A stretch of 64,000 bases of DNA from positions 2,240,001 to 2,304,000 of the forward strand of contig OY970208.1 of NCBI GenBank assembly GCA_963713865.1, in the 5' to 3' direction. This document shows, piece by piece, positions 10,039 to 19,932 of this stretch. Both the position numbers and the translations under genes were made by a program. Each line of letters opens with the position of its first letter. Position 1 is the stretch's first letter. The notes below the pieces were generated by a model. That model was not told the origin of the DNA. It made no database searches and saw only the letters and a list, made by a program, of their open reading frames with translations. This stretch comes from an uncultured candidate division Zixibacteria bacterium (GTDB lineage: Bacteria > Zixibacteria > MSB-5A5 > RBG-16-43-9).

Positions 10039-11775
10039 ATGAAACGGAGAATCTTCTATTCATTCTTATTATTCCTATTTCTAATCTTTTCCAGATTTGC
10101 CTTTGCTCAGGAAAACTACCTTTTCCCCTTAAAAGAGAACCGGGAGCTTTCCTCCATTTTTGCAGACCACAGGGATTTCCATTTCCATTCCGGGATCGAC
10201 ATTAAGACCGGAGAAAAAACCGGTCTGGAGGTTTATGCCAGCAAATCCGGCTGGGTTTACCGCATTTTTGCCTCCTGGTGGGGTTATGGCAAAGCGGTCT
10301 ATTTGAGACACCCGGATGGGAAATTTACCGTTTATGCCCATCTGTCCGACTTTTCCGAAAAGCTAAAAAAAATTGTAACTGAAAAACAGCTCGAGAATAG
10401 AAGATATAGAGTTGATCTCTTTTTAGAGGATTCGATCCGGATCGAACAGGGAGAACTCATCGGATATTCAGGCGAGACTGGCACTGGCGATCCCCATCTT
10501 CATTTTGAAATAAGGGATGAGAATAGTAGACCCTTGAATCCGCTAACTACTGGAATCTCTGTTCAGGATACTATAGCTCCGGTAATGCAGGCTATATTAA
10601 TCAGACCTTTAGACCTGAATTCATCAGGGGACAGTTCCCTGGAAGCTAAAATCTATCCTTTATATTTTGATTCTACTGAAAGGGTTTTCATTTTAAAAGA
10701 AATTCCAATTGTGGAAGGAAAAACAGGGATTGAGCTATCCGTTTATGACCGGATGGTAGAAAAAGGGAGCAAATTCGGGATTTATAAATTAGAGCTCTAT
10801 TTAGATAGCTTACTTGTATTTTCCTCTCATTATGATACCATAGATTTCGAGAATACCTGGAAAGTAGAACTGGACCGGGATTTCGAGCTTTTACAAAAAG
10901 GTGAGGGTGAATTTTACAAACTCTTTATAGATAATGGAAACGATCTGCCTTTATATCACTCATTCAACCGGGGCATTCTTGAATTCTCGAAAGATGGTTT
11001 ACATCAGATAATCATCCAGGCTCAAGATGCTTGTGGTAATTTTTCCAGAGCTAAGCTCTATCTTAGAGTAGCTGATATTTATGCAAAAGCAGCTGTAGAT
11101 ACAAAAGATACAGGCGTCTTCTTTAATCAAAACCAGGGTAAAATCATCGGGAAAAGTGAGGATGACCTGGCAAAAGTGGAGATAGATTCAGGTTCGGTTT
11201 TCAGGAGGATTAACCTACAGGTAGAAAAATTAGAGAAACCGGGAAAGATAACTCAGAAATTGAAAAGTTCTTTATATTCTTTCATGCCACAAACTATACC
11301 CCTGGCTAAGCCAGCTAAAATATCATTAACTTACAAGTGTAAAACTTGCAAACCATGCAAAATCGGTTTATATGAATTCAGGACTTACAGCTTCAAATTC
11401 ATCGGTCAGGAAATCGATACATTAAATAATCGTGTTTCTGGTAAAGTTAGAAATTTATCCACTTACGCACTCTTGGAGGACACAAAGCCACCAGTGATAA
11501 AAAATGTTTACCCGAAATCTGGTCAGATAATAAAAGGGGAAGAGCTTATCATCTCCGCCTGGGTCAAAGATAATCTTTCCGGAATAGGAAGCGATCTGGA
11601 TATAAAAGTTTTTCTGGATGGAGAATGGATAATTCCGGAATACGATCCGGAGAAATTTGTTTTAATCTCAAAGCCTCTTAAAACTTTATCGCCGGGCTGG
11701 CATAAATTGATAATTAAAGCTAAAGACCGGATGGAGAACGAAAAAAAAGTAAAAAGCAAATTCAGGGTAATGTAG
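10039..11775 (+). CDS. M23 family metallopeptidase, exported, with C-terminal Ig-like domains
   Basis: Signal peptide; HSGID (HxxxD), YAHL and PHLHFEIR motifs. Confidence 0.9.
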   Translation: MKRRIFYSFLLFLFLIFSRFAFAQENYLFPLKENRELSSIFADHRDFHFHSGIDIKTGEKTGLEVYASKSGWVYRIFASWWGYGKAVYLRHPDGKFTVYAHLSDFSEKLKKIVTEKQLENRRYRVDLFLEDSIRIEQGELIGYSGETGTGDPHLHFEIRDENSRPLNPLTTGISVQDTIAPVMQAILIRPLDLNSSGDSSLEAKIYPLYFDSTERVFILKEIPIVEGKTGIELSVYDRMVEKGSKFGIYKLELYLDSLLVFSSHYDTIDFENTWKVELDRDFELLQKGEGEFYKLFIDNGNDLPLYHSFNRGILEFSKDGLHQIIIQAQDACGNFSRAKLYLRVADIYAKAAVDTKDTGVFFNQNQGKIIGKSEDDLAKVEIDSGSVFRRINLQVEKLEKPGKITQKLKSSLYSFMPQTIPLAKPAKISLTYKCKTCKPCKIGLYEFRTYSFKFIGQEIDTLNNRVSGKVRNLSTYALLEDTKPPVIKNVYPKSGQIIKGEELIISAWVKDNLSGIGSDLDIKVFLDGEWIIPEYDPEKFVLISKPLKTLSPGWHKLIIKAKDRMENEKKVKSKFRVM

Positions 11776-11820
11776 TCTCATCTTGCCCTCAAGATGGGTA
11801 GATTATGGAGAGAATAATCG

Positions 11821-12489
11821 ATGATACCTTTACGGGATGATATACCCTCGCAAAAAAAACCGATAGTTACTACCTCACTTATTTCAGTTAATGTTCTGGT
11901 ATTTTTCTATCAACTTTCTTTAGGCACAGGGTTTGAGCAATTTGTGTTTAAATATGGAGCTATTCCTTATCAGATTACACACGGGGAAGGGATCACCCCC
12001 TATTCCACCTTCCCTTTTCCTTTAACCCTTTTCACTGCTATGTTTTTGCACGGTGGATTTTTACATATCCTGGGTAATATGCTTTATTTATGGATTTTCG
12101 GAGATAATGTAGAAGATAGATTAGGACATTTCAAATTTTTGGTATTATATCTAATCTCAGGAATAGGAGCCAGCCTTTCTCATATTATTATTTCACCGAG
12201 TTCAACCCTGCCAATGGTAGGGGCATCTGGAGCCATTGCTGGTGTCTTAGGTGCTTATCTGATAGAATTCCCTTATGCCCGGATATCAACCCTCATTTTC
12301 TTTGGATTTTTTGTCAGGTTAATAAGAATCCCGGCATTTTTTGTCCTGGGATTCTGGTTTATACTTCAGCTAGTCTATGCTCTTCCCTCCTTAGGTGCTC
12401 CGAGCGGAGGAGGAGTAGCCTGGTTTGCCCATATCGGAGGATTTCTGATTGGCATTTTTTTGTCGATAATCTTAAAAAGATTACCTTAG
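11821..12489 (+). CDS. Rhomboid family intramembrane serine protease
   Basis: FLHGG..H..GNM, GASG (catalytic Ser) and AHIGG (catalytic His); multiple TM helices. Confidence 0.93.
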   Translation: MIPLRDDIPSQKKPIVTTSLISVNVLVFFYQLSLGTGFEQFVFKYGAIPYQITHGEGITPYSTFPFPLTLFTAMFLHGGFLHILGNMLYLWIFGDNVEDRLGHFKFLVLYLISGIGASLSHIIISPSSTLPMVGASGAIAGVLGAYLIEFPYARISTLIFFGFFVRLIRIPAFFVLGFWFILQLVYALPSLGAPSGGGVAWFAHIGGFLIGIFLSIILKRLP

Positions 12490-12551
12490 AACTGTAACAA
12501 CAGTAATGATTTTCCGAACAGACAAAAAGACTGGACTTCACTTTTAAAGAT

Positions 12552-12866
12552 ATGCGTTCAGCATCTATACAAAATCCCGAAAAACCCAGATGTGATTTCT
12601 GCGGTAAAAGGTTTAAAAAAGGAGGAACCAGATACCGGCTTAGATTAGAGCTTTTCGCAGATTTCGATGGTTATCTGGAGGATTTTTCTGAAAAGCTGGA
12701 AAACTATCTAAAAGAAAAAATTGAAAAAATACTGAAACAAACTGAAGATAAAACCGAAAAGGAATTAGAGGAAGAGATTTATTTAAGAAAAAATGCTTTA
12801 CTGTGCATAAGTTGCAGAGACGAATTCTTGAAAAGTATAGAAACCTTTGAGAAGGATCAAAAGTAA
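12552..12866 (+). CDS. Hypothetical protein with split CxxC...CxxC (putative zinc-binding)
   Basis: CDFC near the N-terminus and CISC near the C-terminus around an acidic helical core. Confidence 0.65.
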   Translation: MRSASIQNPEKPRCDFCGKRFKKGGTRYRLRLELFADFDGYLEDFSEKLENYLKEKIEKILKQTEDKTEKELEEEIYLRKNALLCISCRDEFLKSIETFEKDQK

Positions 12867-12871
12867 AATTC

Positions 12872-12989
12872 GTAGGAGCATATTGCAATATGCCCCTACT
12901 TTTTTATGTAAGGGAAGTAAGGACTCATCCACAAAGTATGCATTGCATTCTTTCTTTTTGTCATTCTGAGACCTTAGGTCGAAGAATCT
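12872..12989. repeat. GTAG REP (12872-12899) and GTCATTCTGAG...GAAGAATCT element (12960-12989)
   Basis: Palindromes resembling copies at 48821-48848, 43887-43929 and 53996-54031. Confidence 0.75.
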
Positions 12990-13057
12990 AATCAGAATGT
13001 TATTTGCTTATGAGGAGAAAAGATATGTATTTTATGCTATATATCCTTAAAAACCTC

Positions 13058-13085
13058 TTGCCAATTACAACCTACAAATTATATT
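13058..13085 (+). promoter_or_regulatory. Candidate sigma70 promoter for the ppiD-like gene
   Basis: TTGCCA-16 nt-TATATT upstream of the SD AAGGAG. Confidence 0.4.
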
Positions 13086-13142
13086 AGTTTTCGTATATGT
13101 ATGTAGTTTTTAAAGAGACTAAAAACAAGGAGAGAAATTCTT

Positions 13143-14939
13143 ATGATGAAAACAATGCGCAAGATGACCCGCTCTATCCTCTGGATAGTCATCGCCGCTT
13201 TTGTGGGGACTATCGTTTTCGCCTGGGGAATGCAGTTCACTTCCAGAGGATCAAAACAGGGGGTCATCGCCATAGTAAATGGTAAGGATATACCTGTCCA
13301 GTCCTTCCAGTACTTATATGAGAACAAGTTAAAAGAAGCAGAGAAAAAGGAAGCAGAAGTAACTGATCAGGTTGCCAAGAACTTAAGAGATCAAACCTGG
13401 ACTGAGTTGGTGGACCAGACCCTCCTTTCCCAGGAAGTAAAGAAAAGGGATATAGTCGTTACTAATAAGGAACTTTATGAGTTTATGAAAAGATTCCCTC
13501 CCAGGGAGATAATGGAAAGTGAAGTTTTTCAAACCAATGGTCAATTCGATTATAATAAATATAGACAGGCTTTAGCTGACCAGCGGATTCCCTGGGGACA
13601 GATTGAGGATTATGTCCGGAGTCAGCTTCTAACAGCCAAATTGCAGGAAACCATCATCGGTGCAGTCCGCATCAATGACCAGGAAGTTTACAGAAAGTAT
13701 GTGGATGATACTCAGAAAGCCAGGGTAAATTATATCTTCATCCCTGCAAAAGAATTTTCAACCTCGGAGATACAGATCAGCCCGGCCGAGATTGAGAGAT
13801 ATTTTAAAGAGAACTCGGATAAATTCAAAATGGAAGAAAGGACAGCCATAAGGTTTGTAGTTCTTCCTAAAAACCCTTCCAAGGATGATGAAGAGAAAAC
13901 CAGAGCTAGAATTTTGGAGATCCGGGACCTGATTACCCGGGGGGATGATTTTGCAGAGATGGCTAAGGAATATTCAGAAGATCCAACCACCAGAAAAAAT
14001 GGAGGGGATTTGGGCTGGTTGAAAAAAGGAACAACTCAAAAACCCTTTGACGAAGCTCTCTTTACCTTAAAACCGGGTGAGATTTCCGAACCGGTAAAAA
14101 CTGAGCAAGGCTGGCATCTGATAAAAGTTTTAGAAAAAAAGAAAACCAAAGGAGAAGAGGAATATCACGCCAGCCATATTCTTTTAAAAATCGAGCCCTC
14201 AGAAGAAACTCTTAACAAAATAAAAAACCAGATAGATGAATTCGTATTAAAAGCCAGAAAGATAGGTTTCGATATAGCGGCATCGGATGAAAAGCTTCCT
14301 GTTAAGGAAAGCGGACTATTTGTTAAAGGAAGTTTCATATCCCAATTAGGCTTATCCGAAGAGGTAAACCAGTTCGTTTTCGAAAATAAGCCTGGCAAGA
14401 TCAGCGATCCAATAGAATCCCAGTTCTCATACTACGTAGTTCAAATAAAGGAGAGGAAACCTGCGGGCATACCTTCGCTCTCGGAAGCAGAACCACTGGT
14501 TAAAAACGAGCTTTTAAATCAGAAACTTGAAGAATTAGCTTATCAGAAAGGTATGCGGATCTATGAGGAAATAAGAAAAGGTAAAGATTTCAAAAAGGTG
14601 GCTGAAGAGTCTAAGGAAAAAGTTATGGACAGCGGAGAGTTCACGCGAAACTCTTCTATCCCAGGAATAGGACGCGAACCGGAATTCAACGGCTCTGCTT
14701 TCGCACTAAGTCAAAATCAAGTCAGCTCGCCAGTTAAAACAACCCAGGGTGCCTATCTCCTACAACTGGTTTCTAAATCTACAGTAATTGATAGCACTTT
14801 CCAAGTCCACAGCGATTCGCTCAAACTCGAATTGCTCCGCAAAAAGCAGTCTGATTTCTATACCCAGTGGTTTGAGAACTTAAAAAAGAGCGTTAAGATA
14901 GAGGATTTTCGCAACCAGTATTATAAAGAAACCTTTTAA
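13143..14939 (+). CDS. ppiD: PpiD/SurA-like membrane-anchored peptidyl-prolyl isomerase
   Basis: N-terminal TM anchor, SurA_N domain and parvulin motifs FAEMAKEYSED..GGDLGW..GWHLIKV. Confidence 0.85.
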   Translation: MMKTMRKMTRSILWIVIAAFVGTIVFAWGMQFTSRGSKQGVIAIVNGKDIPVQSFQYLYENKLKEAEKKEAEVTDQVAKNLRDQTWTELVDQTLLSQEVKKRDIVVTNKELYEFMKRFPPREIMESEVFQTNGQFDYNKYRQALADQRIPWGQIEDYVRSQLLTAKLQETIIGAVRINDQEVYRKYVDDTQKARVNYIFIPAKEFSTSEIQISPAEIERYFKENSDKFKMEERTAIRFVVLPKNPSKDDEEKTRARILEIRDLITRGDDFAEMAKEYSEDPTTRKNGGDLGWLKKGTTQKPFDEALFTLKPGEISEPVKTEQGWHLIKVLEKKKTKGEEEYHASHILLKIEPSEETLNKIKNQIDEFVLKARKIGFDIAASDEKLPVKESGLFVKGSFISQLGLSEEVNQFVFENKPGKISDPIESQFSYYVVQIKERKPAGIPSLSEAEPLVKNELLNQKLEELAYQKGMRIYEEIRKGKDFKKVAEESKEKVMDSGEFTRNSSIPGIGREPEFNGSAFALSQNQVSSPVKTTQGAYLLQLVSKSTVIDSTFQVHSDSLKLELLRKKQSDFYTQWFENLKKSVKIEDFRNQYYKETF

Positions 14940-14945
14940 GATTTT

Positions 14946-15097
14946 GTAGGGACACGGCATGCCGTGCCCCTACCATTCCTGCTCCAATTTTAGCACAGTT
15001 GTCATTTTGATGAAGAGTAGCAACCGAAGGAGGCAGTCGCAATCTTCAGATTGCGGATGGATAGCATCTTAATACAGACATAAAGTCTGCAGCTACC
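14946..15097. repeat. GTAG REP (14946-14973) and degenerate REP doublet (15033-15097)
   Basis: GCAGTCGCAATCTTCAGATTGCG ... CAGACATAAAGTCTGCAGCTACC. Same family as 59095-59221. Confidence 0.7.
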
Positions 15098-15107
15098 AAG
15101 ATAACAG

Positions 15108-15158
15108 ATGATTGGGAAGACCATCATTAATGGAACTCACCCTGTATCCCTCTCTTAG
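15108..15158 (+). pseudogene. Orphan 5' fragment of a kinase gene (MIGKTI...), cut by a palindromic element
   Basis: ATG ATT GGG AAG ACC ATC encodes the same MIGKTI start as the kinases. The frame stops at TAG inside the 15134-15216 element. Confidence 0.55.
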
Positions 15159-15216
15159 AAAAAGAGGGACTTTTAAACCCCTTCTCTTCTTAAGAGAAGG
15201 GGATAGGGGATGAGTT
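15134..15216 (+). repeat. ~83-bp double-hairpin element (AACTCACCC...GGATGAGTT), copy 1
   Basis: Close to 19931-20014 and 62755-62861; two CCCTCTCTT/AAGAGAGGG-type stems. Confidence 0.85.
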
Positions 15217-15238
15217 CGAAAACTGAGCTTAAAACACT

Positions 15239-17452
15239 ATGATTGGCAAAACGATTTCACATTATAAAATTCTCGAAAAGCTTGGTGAAGGTGGAATGGG
15301 GGTAGTGTATAAAGCCCAGGACACCAAGTTAGACAGGATTGTAGCTTTGAAGTTTCTGCCAAAGCATCTTTTATGTGATGGTGAAGCCAAGACCAGATTT
15401 GAGCATGAAGCCAAAACCGCCTCTGCCTTAGATCATCCAAATATTGCTACCATTTATGAAATTGATGAATTCGAAGGGGAATGTTTTATCTCTATGGCTT
15501 ATGTTGAGGGGAAATCACTCAAAAAGCTTCTGGAAGAAAAAACTTTCTCTGTAAAGGAAGTCGTGGATATAGCAATTCAGATATGTGAGGGATTGGCAAT
15601 TGCGCACGAGAAGGGAATTATTCATCGGGATATAAAATCTGACAATATAATGCTTACCTCCAGAGGCCAGGTAAAGATAATGGATTTTGGTCTGGCAAAG
15701 CTCAGAGGAGTTTCAAAAGTTACTAAGACCGGCTCAACCTTAGGCACCCTTGCCTATATGACCCCGGAGCAAGTTCAAGGGATAGAAGTTGACCAGAGGT
15801 CAGATATTTTCTCATTTGGGGTGGTTTTATATGAGATGATAACCGGACAACTTCCCTTTAAAGGTGAACATGAAGTGGCTATAATCTATTCGATTTTGAA
15901 CGAGATACCTGAACCACTGGCGAGGTATAAAGCCGGTGTTCCTGAAGGATTGCAGATGGTTGTTAATAAAACATTGGAGAAGAACCGGGATGAACGTTAT
16001 CAGCATGTAGATGATTTTCAGACTGATTTGAAAAAAATTGTAAAAGAAGTGAAATCAGATTTAACAAAGCAACCACCTTCAATAGCTGTGCTCCCATTTA
16101 CCAATTTGAGTGCGGACAAGGAGCAGGAATATTTCTGTGACGGTATGGCAGAGGAGATTATAAATGTTTTAACCCAGGTTGAAGGTTTGCGCGTGGTCGC
16201 TCGAACCTCAGCTTTTGCATTCAAGGATAAACATGAGGATGTTCGCGAGATTGGTAGAAAACTGAACGTGGAAACTCTGCTCGAGGGGAGTGTCCGAAAA
16301 TCAGGGAAGCGCTTACGTATCACAGCACAGCTCGTAAATGTCTCAGACGGTTACCATCTGTGGTCTGAGAGATACGACCGTGACATTGAGGATATTTTCT
16401 CCATTCAAGATGACATCTCTCTATCCATAGTAAGTCAGCTGAAAGGTAAGCTCCTCGGGAAGGAACGAGCAGCAATCGCAGGACGGCACACAAGGGACGT
16501 CGAAGCATATAACTCCTACTTGCAGGGGCGTTACTTCTGGAACAAGAGGACAGAGGTTGGATTTCAGAAAGGTTTGGAGTACTTCCGGCAGGCGATTGAG
16601 AGGGATCCTACCTATGCTTTAGCCTACGCAGGGATAGCTGACTGCTTCAATCTACTCGGGTGGTATTGTGTTATTTCATCTAAGGAGGCTTTTCCAAGTG
16701 CAAAATCTGCAGCAGAGAGGGCGCTGGAAATCGATGAGGACCTTTCTGAGGCCCTAACCTCGCTCGCATTTGCAACAATGCTCTATGATTGGCGTTGGGA
16801 AGAGGCTGAGAGGGAGTTTAAGCGAGCCATTGAGCTCAATCCTGGGTATGCTACGGCTCACCATTGGTATGCCGAGTACCTAGCAAGTATGGGACGAATG
16901 GATGAAGCCATGATGGAAGCCAAACGAGCCCTCGAATTCGATCCGCTCTCTGTCGTCATGAGAGCTTTATCTGGATTGGCCCTCTATTTCTCGCTTCAGT
17001 ATGATGAAGCGGTGAAACAATGCAAGAGGATCCTTGATATGGACCCGAACTTCGTCCCTGCGCATTTATTCCTAGGTCTGACCTATACGAAGAAGTCCAT
17101 GTTTGACGAAGCTATCTCGGAATTTCAGAGTGCCATTGCACTATTCGGCCGCAGTAGCCTGATGCTGGGTGCACTAGGACATGCATATGCTGCATCTGGA
17201 AAGCAGGAGGAAGCACGGAAGCTTCTCAATGAGCTGAAGCAAATGTCGGAGCCGATGTGTGTCCCTTGGTACTACATAGCAGCAATGTATTCTGACCTTG
17301 GAGAGAACGACGAAGCATTTGAATGGTTGACGAGAGCTTATAAGGAGCATGATGCTTGGTTAGTTTTCCTCAAAGTAGACCCAATTTGGCAAACTCTACG
17401 CGCTGATCCGAGATACATTGCTTTGCTGAAAAAAATGGGGTTAGAGAAATGA
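15239..17452 (+). CDS. Hanks-type Ser/Thr kinase with TolB_N-like and TPR domains (soluble)
   Basis: GEGGMG, VALK, HRDIKSDN and DFG motifs; SIAVLPF..QEYFCDGMAEEII; TPR repeats. Confidence 0.93.
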   Translation: MIGKTISHYKILEKLGEGGMGVVYKAQDTKLDRIVALKFLPKHLLCDGEAKTRFEHEAKTASALDHPNIATIYEIDEFEGECFISMAYVEGKSLKKLLEEKTFSVKEVVDIAIQICEGLAIAHEKGIIHRDIKSDNIMLTSRGQVKIMDFGLAKLRGVSKVTKTGSTLGTLAYMTPEQVQGIEVDQRSDIFSFGVVLYEMITGQLPFKGEHEVAIIYSILNEIPEPLARYKAGVPEGLQMVVNKTLEKNRDERYQHVDDFQTDLKKIVKEVKSDLTKQPPSIAVLPFTNLSADKEQEYFCDGMAEEIINVLTQVEGLRVVARTSAFAFKDKHEDVREIGRKLNVETLLEGSVRKSGKRLRITAQLVNVSDGYHLWSERYDRDIEDIFSIQDDISLSIVSQLKGKLLGKERAAIAGRHTRDVEAYNSYLQGRYFWNKRTEVGFQKGLEYFRQAIERDPTYALAYAGIADCFNLLGWYCVISSKEAFPSAKSAAERALEIDEDLSEALTSLAFATMLYDWRWEEAEREFKRAIELNPGYATAHHWYAEYLASMGRMDEAMMEAKRALEFDPLSVVMRALSGLALYFSLQYDEAVKQCKRILDMDPNFVPAHLFLGLTYTKKSMFDEAISEFQSAIALFGRSSLMLGALGHAYAASGKQEEARKLLNELKQMSEPMCVPWYYIAAMYSDLGENDEAFEWLTRAYKEHDAWLVFLKVDPIWQTLRADPRYIALLKKMGLEK

Positions 17453-19932
17453 TTGGTAAGATAATCTCCCATTATAAAATACTCGAGAAACTTGGCGAGG
17501 GGGGGATGGGGGTGGTCTATAAAGCCCAGGACACCCAGCTACAACGACCCGTGGCGTTGAAGTTTTTACCTCCCCATATCGCTGACAGTTCCCAGGAAAA
17601 AGCCCGCTTTATTCAGGAGGCACAATCTGCTTCTGCCTTAAATCATCCTAATGTTACTACTATTCATGGAATAGAAGAAAGCCCTGAAGGGTTATTCATA
17701 GCTATGGAATATGTGGAGGGGAAGACTTTGAAGCAGATAGTAGAGGAAGAAACGCTTTCTGTAAAAAAGGTTTTAGATATCGGAATTCAGGTATGTGAAG
17801 GCTTAGCCATAGCTCATGAGAAGGGGATAATACACAGGGATATTAAATCTGATAATATAATGCTTACTCTAAGAGGCCAGGTGAAGATAATGGACTTTGG
17901 TCTGGCGAAACTGAGAGGAGCGACCAAGTTGACCCAGACTGGCTCAACTTTGGGGACCCTCGCCTATATGTCTCCAGAACAAGCTCAGGGCGAAGAAGTA
18001 GATCAGAGAAGCGACATTTTCTCTTTCGGAGTGGTTTTATATGAGCTTTTGACCGGGAAATTGCCTTTTGTAGGTGAGCATCAGGCTGCGATAATATACT
18101 CTATCATTAACGAAGATCCTCAGCCAATAGCTCGTTTCAATAATCAGGTTTCAGCCAAGTTAGAGGATATGGTTTTAAAGGCATTGGCAAAAGAGAGAGA
18201 GGAAAGGTATCAACATATAGACGATTTATTGGCGGATTTGAGAAGAGAAAAGAAGAGTTTAGAATATGTGAAAACATCCGTAGCAACAAAGCCTACTGAA
18301 TCTCCCAAGCCAGCCATAGCAGTGTTGTATTTACAAAATCTCTCTGAAAATAAAGATGATGCATATTTTGCCGCTGGGATGACCGAAGATATTATTACTC
18401 AACTTTCAAAAATAGGGGGATTGCTGGTCACTTCAAGAAGTGATGTGGAGCAGTTTAAAAATAAGCCAGTGAGCCTCAAAGAAGTAGCTGATAGATTAAG
18501 AGTAAGTTATGTAATGGAAGGTTCAGTGCGCAAATATGGAAATAAAATCAGAATCACCTGCCAGTTGATTAAGGCCAGTGATGGCTTTCATGTCTGGGCA
18601 GAAAGCTATGATAAGCAGATGGAGGATTTGTTTGCCATCCAGGCAGACGTGGCTAAAGAGGTTGCTCAAGCATTGAAGGTTACCCTTGCTCCACCAGAAG
18701 TAGCGATGATTGAAAAGAAGCCTACCCTGAATGTGCAGGCTTATAACTATTACCTGCAGGGTCGGGAATACTATTTAGGAGGAGGAGCTTCCACTAAAGA
18801 ATGCCTGGAACTGGCAACCAAAATGTTTGAGAAAGCTCTGGAAGCCGACTCGAATTTTGCTTTAGCTTATGCAGGGTTATCAAACTGTTATTCTTCTTAT
18901 GTGATGTTCAATGTCGACCCTAAGAAATCCTGGTTAGAAAAAGCTCGAAGCACCAGCTTGAAAGCCCTTGCCTTAGACCCCAGTTTAGTCGAGACTCATT
19001 ACTCCCTCTCCAGATTATATTGGACAGAGGGGAAAACAGACAAGGCTATACAAGAGGCAGAAGAAGCAGTCAAAGCCAATCCTAATTACGGAGAAGCTTG
19101 GAGGCTACTAGGAGCGTGGTGTAGAATTAACGGTCAATATGCCAAAGCTGAAAGCGCTTTAATGAGAGCATTGGAGATGAACCCTACTGATCCCCAATTA
19201 TTTAGCTCTATTATATTATTATATTCACTCTGTGGTAAGGAAGAGAAGGTAGAGGAATATTTTAACAAGGGATTGGAGATTCAACCTCACAATTGGCGTC
19301 TATACGATACAATGAGTACTTATTATATTGGTAGGGGTAGGTTGGAGGAAGCCAAAACAATGGCTCATAAATCTTTGAATATTAACCCGCGAAATACTGA
19401 TGCTCAATGGGCTTTAATGCAAATATCTTTGATGTTAGGAGAAGTCGACAGTGCTTTTCATTATATAAATGAATACCATCGGCAAAATCCAAATGGGGAG
19501 TTGTTTGTAGAGTTGGTTTACTTGGAGCTGATAAGAGGAAACAAAGATAAGGCGAAAACCTATCTGGACTCCTGCATCCAGTTCAATCAACCTTTAATTA
19601 AAGAATCAGATGGCCTACCCAATGAATATTACTATAGTTCAAGAATAGCCTTAGCTTATGCACTTATGGAAGAACATAAAGAAGCCTTGGAGCAAGCGGA
19701 AAGCGTGAGGAAAAGTTTAGGGGAATCGCTGCTAAGCGTGAAATGGGCTATGGGCAGGGGGATTGTTCCATACCTCAGTTTCGTTTATTCGCTCACAGGA
19801 CAAAAAGAAGAGGCAGTGCGTATGCTGGGATATTTGGTAAAAATAAATATGGTCACTCCCCCTTACATAAAATTGCACCCATGGTACAAAAATTTAGCTG
19901 GTTATCCTGCGTTTGAGGAATTGATAAAATAA
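17449..19932 (+). CDS. Hanks-type Ser/Thr kinase with TolB_N-like and TPR domains (no TM helix)
   Basis: Kinase motifs as above; AIAVLYLQN..YFAAGMTEDII; ATGA overlap with the upstream kinase. Confidence 0.93.
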   Translation: MIGKIISHYKILEKLGEGGMGVVYKAQDTQLQRPVALKFLPPHIADSSQEKARFIQEAQSASALNHPNVTTIHGIEESPEGLFIAMEYVEGKTLKQIVEEETLSVKKVLDIGIQVCEGLAIAHEKGIIHRDIKSDNIMLTLRGQVKIMDFGLAKLRGATKLTQTGSTLGTLAYMSPEQAQGEEVDQRSDIFSFGVVLYELLTGKLPFVGEHQAAIIYSIINEDPQPIARFNNQVSAKLEDMVLKALAKEREERYQHIDDLLADLRREKKSLEYVKTSVATKPTESPKPAIAVLYLQNLSENKDDAYFAAGMTEDIITQLSKIGGLLVTSRSDVEQFKNKPVSLKEVADRLRVSYVMEGSVRKYGNKIRITCQLIKASDGFHVWAESYDKQMEDLFAIQADVAKEVAQALKVTLAPPEVAMIEKKPTLNVQAYNYYLQGREYYLGGGASTKECLELATKMFEKALEADSNFALAYAGLSNCYSSYVMFNVDPKKSWLEKARSTSLKALALDPSLVETHYSLSRLYWTEGKTDKAIQEAEEAVKANPNYGEAWRLLGAWCRINGQYAKAESALMRALEMNPTDPQLFSSIILLYSLCGKEEKVEEYFNKGLEIQPHNWRLYDTMSTYYIGRGRLEEAKTMAHKSLNINPRNTDAQWALMQISLMLGEVDSAFHYINEYHRQNPNGELFVELVYLELIRGNKDKAKTYLDSCIQFNQPLIKESDGLPNEYYYSSRIALAYALMEEHKEALEQAESVRKSLGESLLSVKWAMGRGIVPYLSFVYSLTGQKEEAVRMLGYLVKINMVTPPYIKLHPWYKNLAGYPAFEELIK

